Source of the DNA: Psammoneis japonica | Lineage: Eukaryota | NCBI GenBank assembly: GCA_008632985.1 | Contig: QPGO01000087.1 | Span: 310,001 to 350,331 of the forward strand | Reading direction: 5' to 3' | DNA: 40,331 nt | Program-made: the position numbers and the translations under genes | Shown: piece after piece, positions 1-13,300 of the stretch | Layout: each line of letters opens with the position of its first letter | How positions within the stretch are numbered: the stretch's first letter is position 1 | The notes under the pieces: model-generated | Seen by the model: the letters and a program-made list of their open reading frames with translations, nothing else | The model's database searches: none | What the model was told of the DNA's origin: nothing

Positions 1-10
1 ATCGGTCCAC

Positions 11-2359
11 ATGTTAGTTCACGAACATGGAATGGAACATTTCTTTGTCATGAAGCTCGGAGAGAAGGTCGTAGACCTCTTCGATCACCTCCACAGCTTC
101 ACCGTCGACGAGGTCATTGCTGAGTGTGACGAACGCGTGAACAAAGCGACAGACGATTCGGCATACGATGAGCACGAGCATGACGACATCAACCTTGCCC
201 GTCTCATCGTCGAGTCTCGTGTCACTCACCAGTTCCGCGAGAAAATTGAAACCCAGTTTGGCCATCGGGACCTCTTCCGTTACTTCCCTGGCCAAGTTAT
301 TTTTATGATGGCGCTCGAAACCTGCAATGCCTCCGCCGTGCATGATGTCGCTCAAGCTTCTGACGATTTTGACGCTTTGACGCTTGATTCCTGTCCTGGC
401 AAAGACTTTGCCGAATTTGCTGCCGAAGCGCTCTGTCTCACCAAGATCCTCCAAACAGGACATGCGCTGCCTGTCTCTCTCGGGTCCGATCTCCTTCGGA
501 AGTGCTACAAGACCTCTGGCGAAGCGTTCAATCAAGCAATGTACGCCAAGTTAGATGACGTGACAGCCATGGAACGGAAATGTCGTTTAACGGACCCAGC
601 GCCACTTGCCAAGGACAAGGATTGCTTCACTCTCGGTCCAACCGCATGCACCACATTCCTTCAGACGAAGCATCGCCACTTTGTCACCAATGAGGGCTGG
701 CCTGGTCTTTCCACCAAGCTGCCTCAGGGCAACCACACTGAAGGCAAGGGCGCCTGCAATGCTTGCGGTGCTCTAGTCCATTGGGCTGACGATGAGTCAT
801 GTCCCAAGTGTGCGGAACGTCAGCGCCTCAAGAAGCTTGCCCGTCAAAAACGGAAGGGTCAACAGCCATCAGGTGCTCCGTCACCTCCCGCTGCTGCTCC
901 TGGTGCCATTGCTCCAGCGAATGCACCTGCGGATAAACAAGCAAAATTCAAGGAACTGTTGGCAAACGAGCCTCATCGTTGCACCCGTCCGGCCGATCTC
1001 AATCAAGCGGTCGTGAACAAGCATGGGTCGACTGCTCACTTTTGCACCAAGTGCACGTGCCGTCACACCGGTGTCAAAGGGTTTTACACTGGACACAAGG
1101 ATGCCGCCCATGCCAACAAGCCACCCAAGAAGGAACAGCCAGATGCCAATCTTGCATCCGTTGCTGATCCAGACTCTGGCGTGCCGGCTGGACCACCAGC
1201 TCAGACCACTCCCGACCCTTCGTCCACCAAGTCCGATGAATCGTCCGACGATGATGAGTCTCCCGTTTCTGAGGATGAACCAGTCTGGACCGGGGCCGGG
1301 ATTCATTGCTGTCCTGTTGAGGATGCATCCGATGATGCTGCTCCCCTTGCACGAGTCTCCGTCCTTTTGGGTCCTTCCGTCCAGAGGGAGCGGCCAGTGA
1401 TTTTGGTTGAAACAGTTGAACCAGAAGACGCTGACGATTTCAGCGAGTGCTGCGACACTTGCGACAATTTGGATTGGGGTGATTCTGTCATCCTCTTTCC
1501 GGCTTCGATGTTCCCAAAGGAGCCTCCTATCTTGGACGATCCACCACCTCCTGTCGAGTCCACTGACCTTGATGACGAGTTCTACGATGCAATCTCTGAG
1601 CCTGCTCCAAATGTCCTTGACCTGGAACCTCAGCCTGCTCATTGCTGGCTCTGGTCCCTCCTCAAGATCCCCATCTTCTGGCTCTCTGCACTTCTTTGGG
1701 AAGGCATGCTGTGGCTGGCAGGTGCTGGTGGTGATCCGCCGCCGCCCTCGCATTGCTGTCGCCGTCTCAAGCGCAAGCCCACTCCATTCAGTTGCCCGTG
1801 TTGGTGGGGCGTGATCTCATGTGCGATTGCGCTTTGGCTCTCCGTCTGTCTTGGACGAGCCCCGCCCCATCCGAGCGTTCCCTTGCAGCGCCCATGCTCT
1901 CAGACCCACAAGGTTGTCCAGGCTCTTGACGATCATGTCGTCTTGACTCCTGGCACCCTGCTGCAGTGTCATCATTTGAAGATCAAGCAGTTCAAGCATG
2001 AGGTGCTAGAACCAGAGGGAGCTGCGCACGACACAGTGACCTTGCCTTTTGAGCTTCATGAGTTGATCAAGACCAGTGAGCTCGACGACTGCTTCGACAC
2101 CCACGAAGAGTTTCCCGTCCATCACAAGTCCTTCTTCGACGCTGATGCCTTTCGTGAGTCGGACTTCTCCAGTCCCGACATCTTTCGTATCTCTGAGTTG
2201 CGTCGAGACCAACATTTGATTGACTGCACCGCATTCCAGCCTGCTGTCGCGGAACTTGTTGCCCAAGCCTCAGTGGGTGCCAGTGCCTCACCTTCCCCAA
2301 TTGCACAACCTGCTGCTGCTGCTGTCCAAGCTCTCACAGGAGCCACCCAACTGTCGTGA
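11..2359 (+). pseudogene. gag: gag region of the copia polyprotein (open 5' end) plus long linker
   Basis: Zn-knuckle-like CNACGALVHWADDESC and a second Cys/His cluster FCTKCTCRH..GH..AH. The TGA at 2357-2359 is in frame with the pol ORF at 2384, with no other stop between them, so it is probably CGA->TGA in a single gag-pol ORF. Confidence 0.85.
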
Positions 2360-3844
2360 CTGGCTGGGGACCCTGCTGTCCTCATGTCCGTCGGACAGCC
2401 GTCTCTGGAGGTCATCTTTGATGCTGGCGCCTCGCTTGTCATCTCTCCGGATAAAGATGACTTTGACGGGGACATCCAAGCACTGCCTGCGCCTCTCAAG
2501 CTCGGCGGCATGGCCAACGGGTCACCTGTTGATGGCATTGGCACCGTCTCCTGGTGCTTTCAGGCAGCGGATGGCAGCGACGTGAACATCCAGACTCGTT
2601 GCCATTGTGCGCCAAAGGCCAACGTGCGTCTGCTGTCTCCACAGCCTCTCTTTCAACCTGCGGGCACTCGAGGCCACTTTTGGGGCAACAGTGAGATTTT
2701 CAAGCTTTGTTTTTGTGGCACACCCGAGATCCACGTTGCATGCGACAAATGCACGAACTCACCGGTCGGCCCCACGTCTCGCGGCGCTGTGTGCGCTCCC
2801 CAAGTCAATTTGAGCGCCATTGCTGACCCTGACAACCTCAATCTGTCTTCTGGACAAAAGTCACTGGTGGACATCCATGCTCGGTTCGGGCATCTCAACT
2901 TTCCCCACATCCAAGCTCTTCTCCGCCGCCCTCCTTTCACCGCTCTCAAGTTCGCGTCCGCTTCCAAGTGTGACATCCCCAAATGCGACACCTGCGAGTG
3001 TGCCAAGGCTCACTGCCATCCTGCTAAGGCCCAACGGAAGACTGCTGTCCCTGAACGCGATGGGGCTCTCAAGGCTGGTCATTTACATCCAGGTCAGTCC
3101 GTGAGTGTTGATCATTTCGAGTCGCGTCTCAAGGGTCGCACCTGCGATTCCCATGGCAAATCCTCCTCTCAGCAGCATGTTGGCGGCTGCATCTTCGTTG
3201 ATCATGCTTCTGGGTTCACACATGTCGAGCATCAAGTTGTTTTCTCTGCAGTTGAGACGATGCGGGCAAAACAGGGTTGTGAGCAGATGGCTCTCGGTCA
3301 CTGCGTCATCGTGCAGGAGTGCCTTACCAACAATGGTGCTTTCAAGGCCAACAAGTTTGTTGCGCACATCCGTGACTCTCAGCAACGTGTCCACTGTTGT
3401 GGAACGAACGCTCATCACCAGAACGGCATCGCCGAGCGGTCCATTCGTTCTGTCTCCAACATGGCGCGAGCCATGATCCTCCATGCTTCCATCCACTGGC
3501 GCGGTGGTGTCGACAGCTCGTTGTGGCCAATGGCGGTCAACTGCACCGCTCACATCTACAATGACACTCCGGCATCGAATGGGCTTTGTCCTGCCGACAT
3601 CTTTACCGGATCCACCATCCCACGCCATCGTTTGCTTGATTTGCATGCTTGGGGCTGTCCTGTCTGCGTCCTGGATCCCAAGTTGCAGCAAGGTCAGAAA
3701 TTGCCGTGTTGGCAACCAAGATCAAGGCGTGGTGTTTTTCTTGGCCTCAGTTTGGTTCACGCCAGCGAGGTCCCACTGGTCCTGAACTTGAATGCCGGGT
3801 CCATTGCTCCTCAGCATCACGTGGTGTTCGACGATCTCTTTACC
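2360..3844 (+). pseudogene. pol: aspartic protease + integrase of copia pol
   Basis: VIFDAGAS (D[ST]GA-like protease site); HARFGHLNF...CDTC Zn finger; integrase core VSVDHF / LTNNG (D->N) / HQNGIAERSIR; WGCPVCVLDP and RGVFLG..HVVFDD C-terminal motifs. Confidence 0.92.
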
Positions 3845-4570
3845 AGCAAACTCGCCCGTGAGAGCTTCTCGCATGTTCGGTGTGTCATCATTTTTCTTGG
3901 CCTTGGCAGCGTAGACACGAGGGTCTTGAATGTCCAATTGACCACTGTCACAGCAGGTCTGGATCTCAGCAAGACAAGCGAGCTGGGAATTGTGTCCTCC
4001 AGCATCTGATGGCTCGACTGAGGCTAGACAGACTTCATCGGCAAAACGAGTTGCAGCTCGCTTGCCTTTGTTTGATCTTTGTGAGCGACGCACGTTCTGT
4101 TCAGTCGTGGGTGGGACTGGGACATCTGGAGCCGGGACTGATGTGTCTGATGGCCCCTCCGCACCTGATGGAGGTGGCGGACATATGGGAGGCATTGAAT
4201 GACCAACCTCTGACTCACTCATTGATGGATTGGAGTTTTGCGGTGGCTGCGATGGCAGTTCCTGGGGTGGTGCTGATGGCAAGTCGTCAGAATTTGATGG
4301 TGCAAACGCAGTGGGACATGCAGATGGCAGTGGTTCGACGACCGGAGCAATGGGCTTTGAAGATTTTGTAGTGGCAGGCTGTTGCTGACGTGCATTCCTG
4401 ATGAGACGCTCATGTTCTTCATGTCGCCATTTCTGCTCGAGTTCTGCAGGAGTGAGCCAATCGTCTTGAAGGAACAATTGTTTCTCGCTCAAATCCAGTG
4501 GCATCTGGATGACATTCTCCAAACAAAGCTCTTCCCAGTGATCAGGTGGCTCACTCTCCCTCTCGATTCG
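3845..4570 (-). pseudogene. inverted integrase-RT linker of the same copia element
   Basis: The minus strand reads IERESEPPDHW...VRRSQRSNKG..RF...DPRVYAAKAKKNDDTPNMREALTGEFA. This is the linker expected between HVVFDDLFT (+, ends 3844) and QCIEAMKTKV..TW (+, from 4574). Confidence 0.9.
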
Positions 4571-4573
4571 ATG

Positions 4574-6182
4574 CAATGCATCGAGGCCATGAAGACCAAA
4601 GTGGCCGTGCTCATTCATCGTAAAACATGGAAATTTGTGAAGCGCACTCCCTCCACGAACATGTTGAAATCAACGTGGGCTTTTTAAGTTGAGACGCTCA
4701 CCCGACGGTGCTCCGCTGAAATTCAAGGCTCGATTTTGTTGTCGTGGCGACTTGCAGCAAGAAGGAGTCAATTGCTTCGAGACTTGCACTCCAGTGGTCC
4801 AGTGGTCGACCATTCGTCTGTCATTGAGTGCTGCATTGCAAGAAGGGTGGACAACTCGTCAAGTTGACTACACAAATGCGTTCGCACAAGCTGACATCGC
4901 TGAAGACGTTTGTGTCGAACCTCCCAAATGTTTTGGTCCTTCCTCAGGCACCAACATCGTGCTCAAGCTACTCAAGACGCTCCATGGGTTGAAACAAGCC
5001 CCGAAATGCTTCTGCGAAAAGCTGCGCGAAGGATTGATCGAACGAGGCTGGGATCAGTCAGCAGCAGACCCTTGTCCATTTTTCAAGGATGGCATGATTT
5101 GTGTCATTTACGTCGACAACACCATCCTCGCTGGCGCCAATGGAGACATTCTGGAACGCGAGATTGCAGCTCTGGGAATCCAAAAGGAAGAACAACGCCA
5201 CATTTTCGAGCTTCGTAATGAGGGAGAAGTTGGCGACTTCCTCGGTGTCAAGATTTGCAAGACCAGACCCAAGGAGTTCCTACCAACTCAACCGGGTCTG
5301 ACTGATGAGGTCCTCAAGGCCGCTGGCATGGAAGATTGTCGCCCTTCACCCACGCCATGCACTGCTTCTCCATGCCGTGCTGATTCAGAGGGAGCCGATT
5401 TTGCCGAACCATGGGATTGCCAATCAATTGTCGGGATGCTCATGTGCTTGTCGGCAAACTCTCGTCCCGACATCACATGTGCTGCCCATCAAGCCGCTCA
5501 CTTCTCCCATGCTCCCAAACAGTCCCATGCGGTCGCAGTGAAGCGCATCCTTTGTTGTCTTCAAGGTGCCAAGGACAAGGGCCTCCATCTGTGCCCTGGC
5601 GACAACCAACGAGTTGATTGTTTCGTGGATGCCGATTTCGCTGGACTCTACGGTCATGAAGACTCCCAAGACCCCGTGAGCATCAAGTCTCACACTGGAT
5701 GCGTCACATTGCACTGTGACTGTCCTGTCTTGTGGGTCTCCAAGCTGCAGATGCAGACTGCTCTCTCCACCATGGAAGCAGAACATCTGGCACTGTCAGC
5801 CAGCATGCGCGACCTGACACCTGTCCGAGAAATTTTGAAAGAAATTCAGTGTCATGCACTCGGGCGCAAGAATGTTTCTGCTCCCACTGCTGCCAAGTCT
5901 AAAGCCTTTTCTGATGTGAAAGACGGTGCAATTCCTTCCTCCATCGTCTGCGAGGACAACCAAGCATGCCTCAAGTTCGCGAAAATGGCAAAGATGTCTC
6001 CACGCACCAAACACATTGGCATTCCCTGTCATTGGTTCCACACTAAAGTCGAAGCGCTTGAGATCGTCATTGAGCCTGCAGGAACCAACTCTCAGCTTGC
6101 AGATCAATTTACAAAGGGGTTGGTCCAAGCTCTGTTTGAAGCTGGTCGGAAGAGTCTGTCTGGCTGGCAGCTCTGCGGTTGA
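4574..6182 (+). pseudogene. pol: reverse transcriptase (RVT_2 type) + RNase H of copia pol
   Basis: STWAF(+1 T in the run at 4681-4685)KLRRSPDG..KFKARFC.RGD, VDYTNAF, LHGLKQAP, YVDN (YVDD with D->N), SRPDI, FVDADFAG, STMEAE, EDNQAC, RTKHI, QLADQFTKGL. Confidence 0.95.
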
Positions 6183-6192
6183 GAGGGAGAGT
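6181..6192 (+). promoter_or_regulatory. polypurine tract (PPT) of the copia element
   Basis: GAGAGGGAGAG(T) immediately after the end of pol and before the LTR. Confidence 0.8.
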
Positions 6193-6344
6193 CAAAATGT
6201 CAAAGTCATTTCAGACATTTGTGAATGTCGCTTGCATCATCAAGATTCAAATCATCTCCTCTCTTCTCACAAATCTGATCAAAACCGATCGTTGAGATCT
6301 CTCTTCAGTTTGCACTCACAATTTCTCCATGGAGAACTTTGACA
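6190..6344 (+). repeat. putative 3' LTR (~150 bp; start at 6190 or 6198)
   Basis: Follows the PPT. TGTCAAAGT (6198-6206) and ACTTTGACA (6336-6344) form a perfect 9-bp terminal inverted repeat. The partner LTR is outside the window. Confidence 0.65.
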
Positions 6345-7369
6345 ACGACTTCTGCCATTCTGTTGCAACCTTGAGCTCTTGCTCTTGCCAACACAAGCTG
6401 CTTCATTGCATCTTTGGCATTGTCAATGAGAGATTTGATCTGGTGACACCATGGTGATGGTCTGTGTGATCATCTGGAGCATGACTGCCCTGAGCCAGTT
6501 TGGAGTTGAGGGTTGGGACTCATGGCAGCATGCAGACCATTGTGTGTGCAAGGCTGGATGGAGACTGTGATGTCATCTGTCAGTGCTGCATCTGTGCCAA
6601 ACACATGCAGCCAGCTTTTCCGCATTTGCGGGTGCAAAACCTGTTTTGGACAAGCACGTTTAGCCAGCAAAAAGAACAAAGGAGCCACCAGGCATGAATC
6701 AAAAGTTGCATTTGCTGGCATGCTGCCTGCTCCCTTCCAAGGAGACAGTCAGACATCCTCGTTGGAGGTGCCCTGTCATTGCCAGCCCCAGGGAAATCCC
6801 TTTGCCAACATCAAATGAGCCACAATGCAGAAAAGGCAGAATTGTGGAGGCACTGCTGTGGTTGGCATCCTCAGCAGTTGCCCATGCTTTAGAGATGAAA
6901 GCAGACTTGTCTGCTCTTTGTTTTGGGACTTTCCCAAAAGTGGCAGATTGCAGATTGCCACGAAAAACACCCCACAACCTTGAGTTGCATGCTGTGATCA
7001 TTGGTGTCCTCTTGAGTCAAACTGCATGATGTGTTGTCACTTTTGCTTGTCGCTGTTGTCATTGTCATCATCATCATTGTCGTCATCCAGCTGATGTCAC
7101 TCTCTTTCATTCTCCAACCCAATGTTGTCCAGCCAACACTCAGCATTGCAAAGCATCTCACTTTTCTGATGCTGGACAAAAATTGACAAAGATCAAAACA
7201 AAACAACAGCTTCAGACAACAAAAACCATTGAATGAAGAAACCACGTGACCATTGCATGCACCAATTGAGTGTTGCAGTCAACAAGACAGCAAGAAAAAA
7301 AATGCTGCAAGGAAACACATTGTGTTGGAGAGTGCTTTAACTTGCCATTGTTTGCACAAATTTGGCACC

Positions 7370-10300
7370 CAGCATGTGCCATCCAGCATCCAACATCCAA
7401 CATCCATCATCTGCCATCCACCATCCAACATCCACCATCCAGCATCTGCCATCCAGCATCCGCCATCCATCTGCCAACCATCTGCCAACCATCTGCCCAT
7501 CCAGCATCCAACACCCATCATCTGCCATCCACCATCCAACATCCACCATCCAGCATCCGCCATCCAGCATCCGCCATCCATCTGCCAACCATCTGCCAAC
7601 CATCTGCCATCCACCATCCAGCATCCAGCATCCGCCATCCACCATCCACCATCCACCATCTGCCATCTGCCATCTGCCATCTGCCGTCTGCCATCCGCCA
7701 TCCGCCATCCAGCGTCCAGCATCCACCATCCACCATCCACCATCTGCCATCCACCATCCACCATCCACCATCCAGCATCCGCCATCCGCCATCCGCCATT
7801 TGCCATCCGCTGTCCAGCATCTGCCATCCACCATTTGCCATCAACCATCCACCATCCACCTTCCAGCATCCGCCATCCTCCATCCGCCATCCAGCATCTG
7901 CCATCCGCCATTTGCCATCAACCATCCACCACCCAGCATCCACCATTCGCCATCCACCACACAGCATCTCCCATCCACCATCCGCCATCCAGCATCCAGC
8001 ATCCAGCATCCACATGGCATCCGCCATCCACCATCCACCATCCACCATCCACCATCCACCACCCATCATCCGCCGTCCAGAATCCACCACCCACCATCCA
8101 CCATCCACCATCTGCTGTCCAGCATCCGCCATCCACCATCCGCCATTCACCATTCGCCATTTTTCATCCACCATCCGCCATCCACCATCCGCCATCCACC
8201 ATCCGCCATCCGCCATCCGCCATCCGCCAGCCATCACCTGGCATCCACCATCCAGCATCCAGCATGCAGCACCCGCCATCCACCATCTGCCATCCACCAT
8301 CCACCATCCACTGTCCAGCATCTGCCATCTGCCATCTGCCATCCGCCATCCGCCATCCACCATCCACCATCCACATCCACCATCTGCCATCCACCATCCG
8401 CCATCCACCATCCACTATCCACCATCTGCCATCTGCCATTCAGCATCCACCATCCACCATCCGCCATCTGCCATCTGTCATCCACCATCCACCATCCACC
8501 ATTTGGCATCCGCCATTCGCCACCCGCCATCCAGCATCCAGCATCCAGCATTTGGCATCCGCCATCCACAATCCACAATCCACCATCCACCATCCAGCAT
8601 CCGCCACCCGCCATCCGCCATCCACCATCCGCCATCCGCCATCCACCATCCGCCATTTGCCATCTGCCATCTGCCATCTGCCATCCACCATCCACCATCC
8701 ACCATCCATCATCCACCATCCAGCATCTGCCATTTGCCGCTCGCCATCCACCATCCAGCATCCCCCATCCACCATCTGCCATCCAGCATCTGCCATCCGC
8801 CATCCACCATCCAGCATCCGCCACTCGCCATTCACCATCTGGCATCCCCCATCTGCCATTCACCATCCAGCATCTGCCATCTGCCATCCAGCATCCAGCA
8901 TCCAGCATCCAGCACGCAGCATCCACCATCCACCATCTGCTGTCCAGCATCCGCCATCCACCATCCGCCATTCGCCATTCGCCATCCACCACCCGCCATC
9001 CACCATCCGCCATCCACCATCCGCCATCCGCCATCCGCCAGCCATCACCTGGCATCCACCATCCAGCATCCAGCATGCAGCATCTGCCATCCACCATCTG
9101 CCATCCACCATCCACCATCCACTGTCCAGCATCTGCCATCTGCCATCTGCCATCCGCCATCCGCCATCCACCATCCACCATCCACCATCCACCATCCACA
9201 TCCGCCATCTGCCATCCACCATCCGCCATCCACCATCCGCCATCCACCATCCAGCATCCCCCATCCACCATCTGCCATCCAGCATCTGCCATCCGCCATC
9301 CGCCATCCAGCATCCGCCATTCGCCATTCACCATCTGGCGTCCCCCATCTGCCATTCACCATCCAGCATCTGCCATCTGCCATCCAGCATCCAGCATCCA
9401 GCATCCAGCACGCAGCATCCGCCATCCACCATCTGCAATCCACCATCCACTGTCCAGCATCTGCCATCTGCCATCCACCATCCACCATCCACATCCACCA
9501 TCCGCCATCCACCATGCACCATCCGCCATCTGCCATTCAGCATCCACCATCCACCATCCGCCATCTGCCATCTGCCATCTGTCATCCACCATCCACCATC
9601 CACCACAAAGCATCCCCCATCCAGCATCTGCCATCCGCCATCCGCCATCCAGCATCCAGCATCCAGCATCCAGCATCCGCCATTCGCCATCCATCACCTG
9701 GCATCCACCATCCAGCATCCACCATTCGCCACCCACCACACAGCATCTCCCACCCACCATCCAGCATCCAGCACCCAGCATCCACATGGCATCCGCCATC
9801 CACCATCCACCATCCAGCATCCGCCATCCAGCATCCGCCATTCACCATCCACCATCCAGCATGCAGCATGCAGCATCCGCCATCCGCCATCTGCCATCCG
9901 CCATCCGCCATCCGCCATCCACCATCCACCATCTGCCATCCGCCACCAGTCATCCACCATCTGCCATCTGCCATCTGCCATCTGTCATCCACCATCCACC
10001 ATCCACCATCCAGCATCTGCCATCCGCCATCCGCCATCCGCCATCCACCATGTGCCATCCGCCACCCGCCATCCGCCACCCGCCATCCGCCATCCGCCAT
10101 CCACCATCCGCCATCCACCATCTGCCACTCAGCATCCAGCATCCACCATCCACCATCCGCCATCCACCATCCGCCAACCAGCACCTGGCATCCACCATCC
10201 ACCACCCACCATTTGCCATCCACCATCCAGCATCCCCCATCCACCATCCGCCATCCAGAATCTGCCATCTGCCATCCGCCATCCGCCATCCACAACCACA

Positions 10301-13300
10301 ATCCACCATCCACAATCCACCATCCAGCATCCGCCATCTGCCATCTGCCATCTGCCATCTGCCATCTGCCATCCACCATCCACCATCCACCATCCACCAT
10401 CCAGCATCCGCCGTCCAGCATCCACCATTCACCATCCACCATCCACCACACACCATCCAGCATCCAGCATCCAGCACCCAGCATCCGCCACCCACCATCT
10501 GCCATCCGCCATCTGAAATCTGCCATCCACCACCCACCATCCACCATCCACCATCTGCCATCCGCCATCCGTCATCCACCATCTGCCATCTGCCATCTGT
10601 CATCCACCATCCACCATCCAGCATCCGCCATCCAGCACCCGCCATCCATCTGCCAACCATCTGCCGTCCACCATCCACCATCCAACATCCAGCATCCACC
10701 ATCCAGCATCCAGCATCCAGCATCCACCATCTGCCATCCACCATCTGCCATCCACCATCCGCCAACCAGCACCTGGCATCCACCATCCAGCATCCACCAT
10801 TTGCCATCCACCATCCAGCATCCCCCATCCACCATCCGCCATCCGCCATCCGCCATCCGCCATCCACCATCCACCATCCGCCATCCTCCATCCACAATCC
10901 ACCATCCAGCATCCGCCATCTGCCATCTGCCATCCACCATCCACCATCCAGCATCCGCCGTCCAGCACCCACCACTCACCATCCACCATCCACCATCCAG
11001 CATCCAGCATCCAGCATCCAGCATCTGCCATCTGCCATCTGCCATCCGCCGTCCACCATCCACCATCTGCCATCCTCCATCTGCCATCCACCATCCACAA
11101 TCCACCATCCAGCATCTGCCATCCACCATCTGCCATCTGCCATCCACCATCCAGCATCTGCCATCCGCCATCTGCCATCCAGCATCCGCCATTTGCCATC
11201 CACCATCCACCATCCGCCATCCGTCATCCGCCATCCACCATCCACCATCCCCCATCTGCCATCTGCCATCTGCCATCTGCCGTCCACCATCCGCCATCCA
11301 CCATCCACCATCTGCCATCTGCCACTCAGCATCCACCATCCACCATCCGCCATCCGCCATCCACCATCCGCCAACCAGCACCTGGCATCCACCATCCAGC
11401 ATCCACCATTTGCCATCCACCATCCAGCGTCCCCCATGGACCATCCGCCATCCAGCATCTGCCATCTGCCATCCGCCATTTGCCATCTGCCATCAGCCAT
11501 CTGCCATCTGCTGTCCACCATCCACCATCCGCCATCCGCCATCCACCATCCATCACCTGGCATCCACCATCCAGCATCCAACACTCGCCATCAACCATCC
11601 AGCATCCCCCGTCCCCCATCAAACATCCGCCATCCAGCATCCAGCATCCGCCATCCAGCATCAGCCATCCGCCATTTGCCATCAACCATCCACCATCCGC
11701 CATCCAGCATCTGCCATCCGCCATCCACCATCCACCATCCACCATCGGCCATCGGCCATCCGCCATCCGCCACCCGCCATCCAGCATCCAGCATCCACCA
11801 TCCGCCATTCGCCATCCACCATCCGCCATCTGCCATCTGTCATCCACCATCAACCATCCAGCATCTGCCATTCGCCACCCGCTGTCCAGCATCCAGCCTT
11901 TGGCTTTGGCACCCGCCATCCACAATCCACAATCCACCATCCACCATCCAGCATCCGCCATCCGCCATCCGCCATCCGCCATCAGCCATCCGCCATCCGC
12001 CATTTGCCATCTGCCATCCACCATCCACCATCCAGCATCCATCATCCACCATCCAGCATCCGCCATTCACCATTCGCCATCCACCATCCAGCACCCCCCA
12101 TCCACCATCTGCCATCCAGCATCTGCCATCCTCCACCCGCCATCCAGCATCCGCCATTCGCCGTTCACCATCTGGCATCCCCAATCCACCATTCACCATC
12201 CAGCATCTGCCATCCGCCATCCAGCATCCAGCATCCAGCACGCAGCATCCGCCATCCACCATCTGCCATCCACCATCCACTGTCCAGCATCTGCCATCTG
12301 CCATCTGCCATCTGCCATCTGCCATCCACCATCCACCATCCACCATCCGCCATCCACCATCCGCCATCCACCATCCACCATCCACCATCCGCCATCTGCC
12401 ATTCAGCACCCACCATCCACCATCCGCCATCTGCCATCTGCCATCTGTCATCCACCATCCACCATCCACCATCCAGCATCTGCCATCCGCCATCTGCCAT
12501 CCAGCATCCAGCATCCGCCATTCGCCATTCGCCATTCGCCACCCACCATCCACCATCCACCATCCACCATCCACATCCACCATCCACCATCCACCATCCG
12601 CCATCCACCATCCGCCACCCACCATCCACCATCCGCCATCCGCCATTTGGCATCTGCCACCCACCATCCACCATCCGCCATCCATCACCTGGCATCCACC
12701 ATCCAGCATCCACCATTTGCCATCCACCATCCAGCATCCCCCACCCAGCATCCGCCATCCGCCATCCAGCATCCGCCATCCGCCACCCACCATCCACCAT
12801 CCGCCATCCAGCATCCAGCATCCGCCATTCGCCATCTGCTGTCCAGCATCCAGCATTTGGCACCCGCCATCCACAATCCACAATCCACCATCCAGCATCC
12901 GCCATCCGCCATCCGCCACCCGCCATCCGCCATCCGCCATCCACCACCCACCATCCGCCATTTGCCATTTGCCATTTGCCATCCACCATCCACCATCCAG
13001 CATCCACCATCCACCATCCACCATCTGCCAGCCGCCATCCGCCATCCACCATCCACAATCCACCATCCACCATCCAGCATCCGCCATCCGCCATCCGCCA
13101 TGTGCCACCTGCCATCTGCCATCTGCCATCTGCCATCCACCATCCACCATCCACCATCCGCCATCCAGCATCCAGCATCCACTTTCCGCCATCCGCAATC
13201 CAGTGTCCAGCATCCGCCAAAAACCATCCGCCATCCGCCACTTGCCATCAACCATCCACCATCCACCATCCGCCATCCAGCATCCGCCATCCACCATCGG

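Larger units (their letters stand above)
1..6344 (+). mobile_element. Ty1/copia LTR retrotransposon (CoDi-like), 5' end outside the window, inactivated
   Basis: Copia domain order gag-PR-IN-RT-RH, followed by a polypurine tract and a short LTR-like segment with inverted termini. Confidence 0.95.

Noticed and set aside
2357..2359. Programmed gag/pol stop readthrough
   Set aside because: CGA->TGA decay is simpler given other CpG lesions in this copy. It cannot be fully excluded without the family consensus.
2384..6182. Alternative genetic code (TGY or CAY read as Tyr)
   Set aside because: Tyr is replaced by both Cys and His, non-Tyr TA codons are also changed, and non-coding PBS and LTR sequence shows the same change.
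6345..7369. Possible genes here and at 21200-21900, 22900-24500, 28000-28950, 31900-33800 and 39400-40331
   Set aside because: Only short Cys/His-rich ORFs with no recognisable motifs. Probably decayed repeats, left unassigned.
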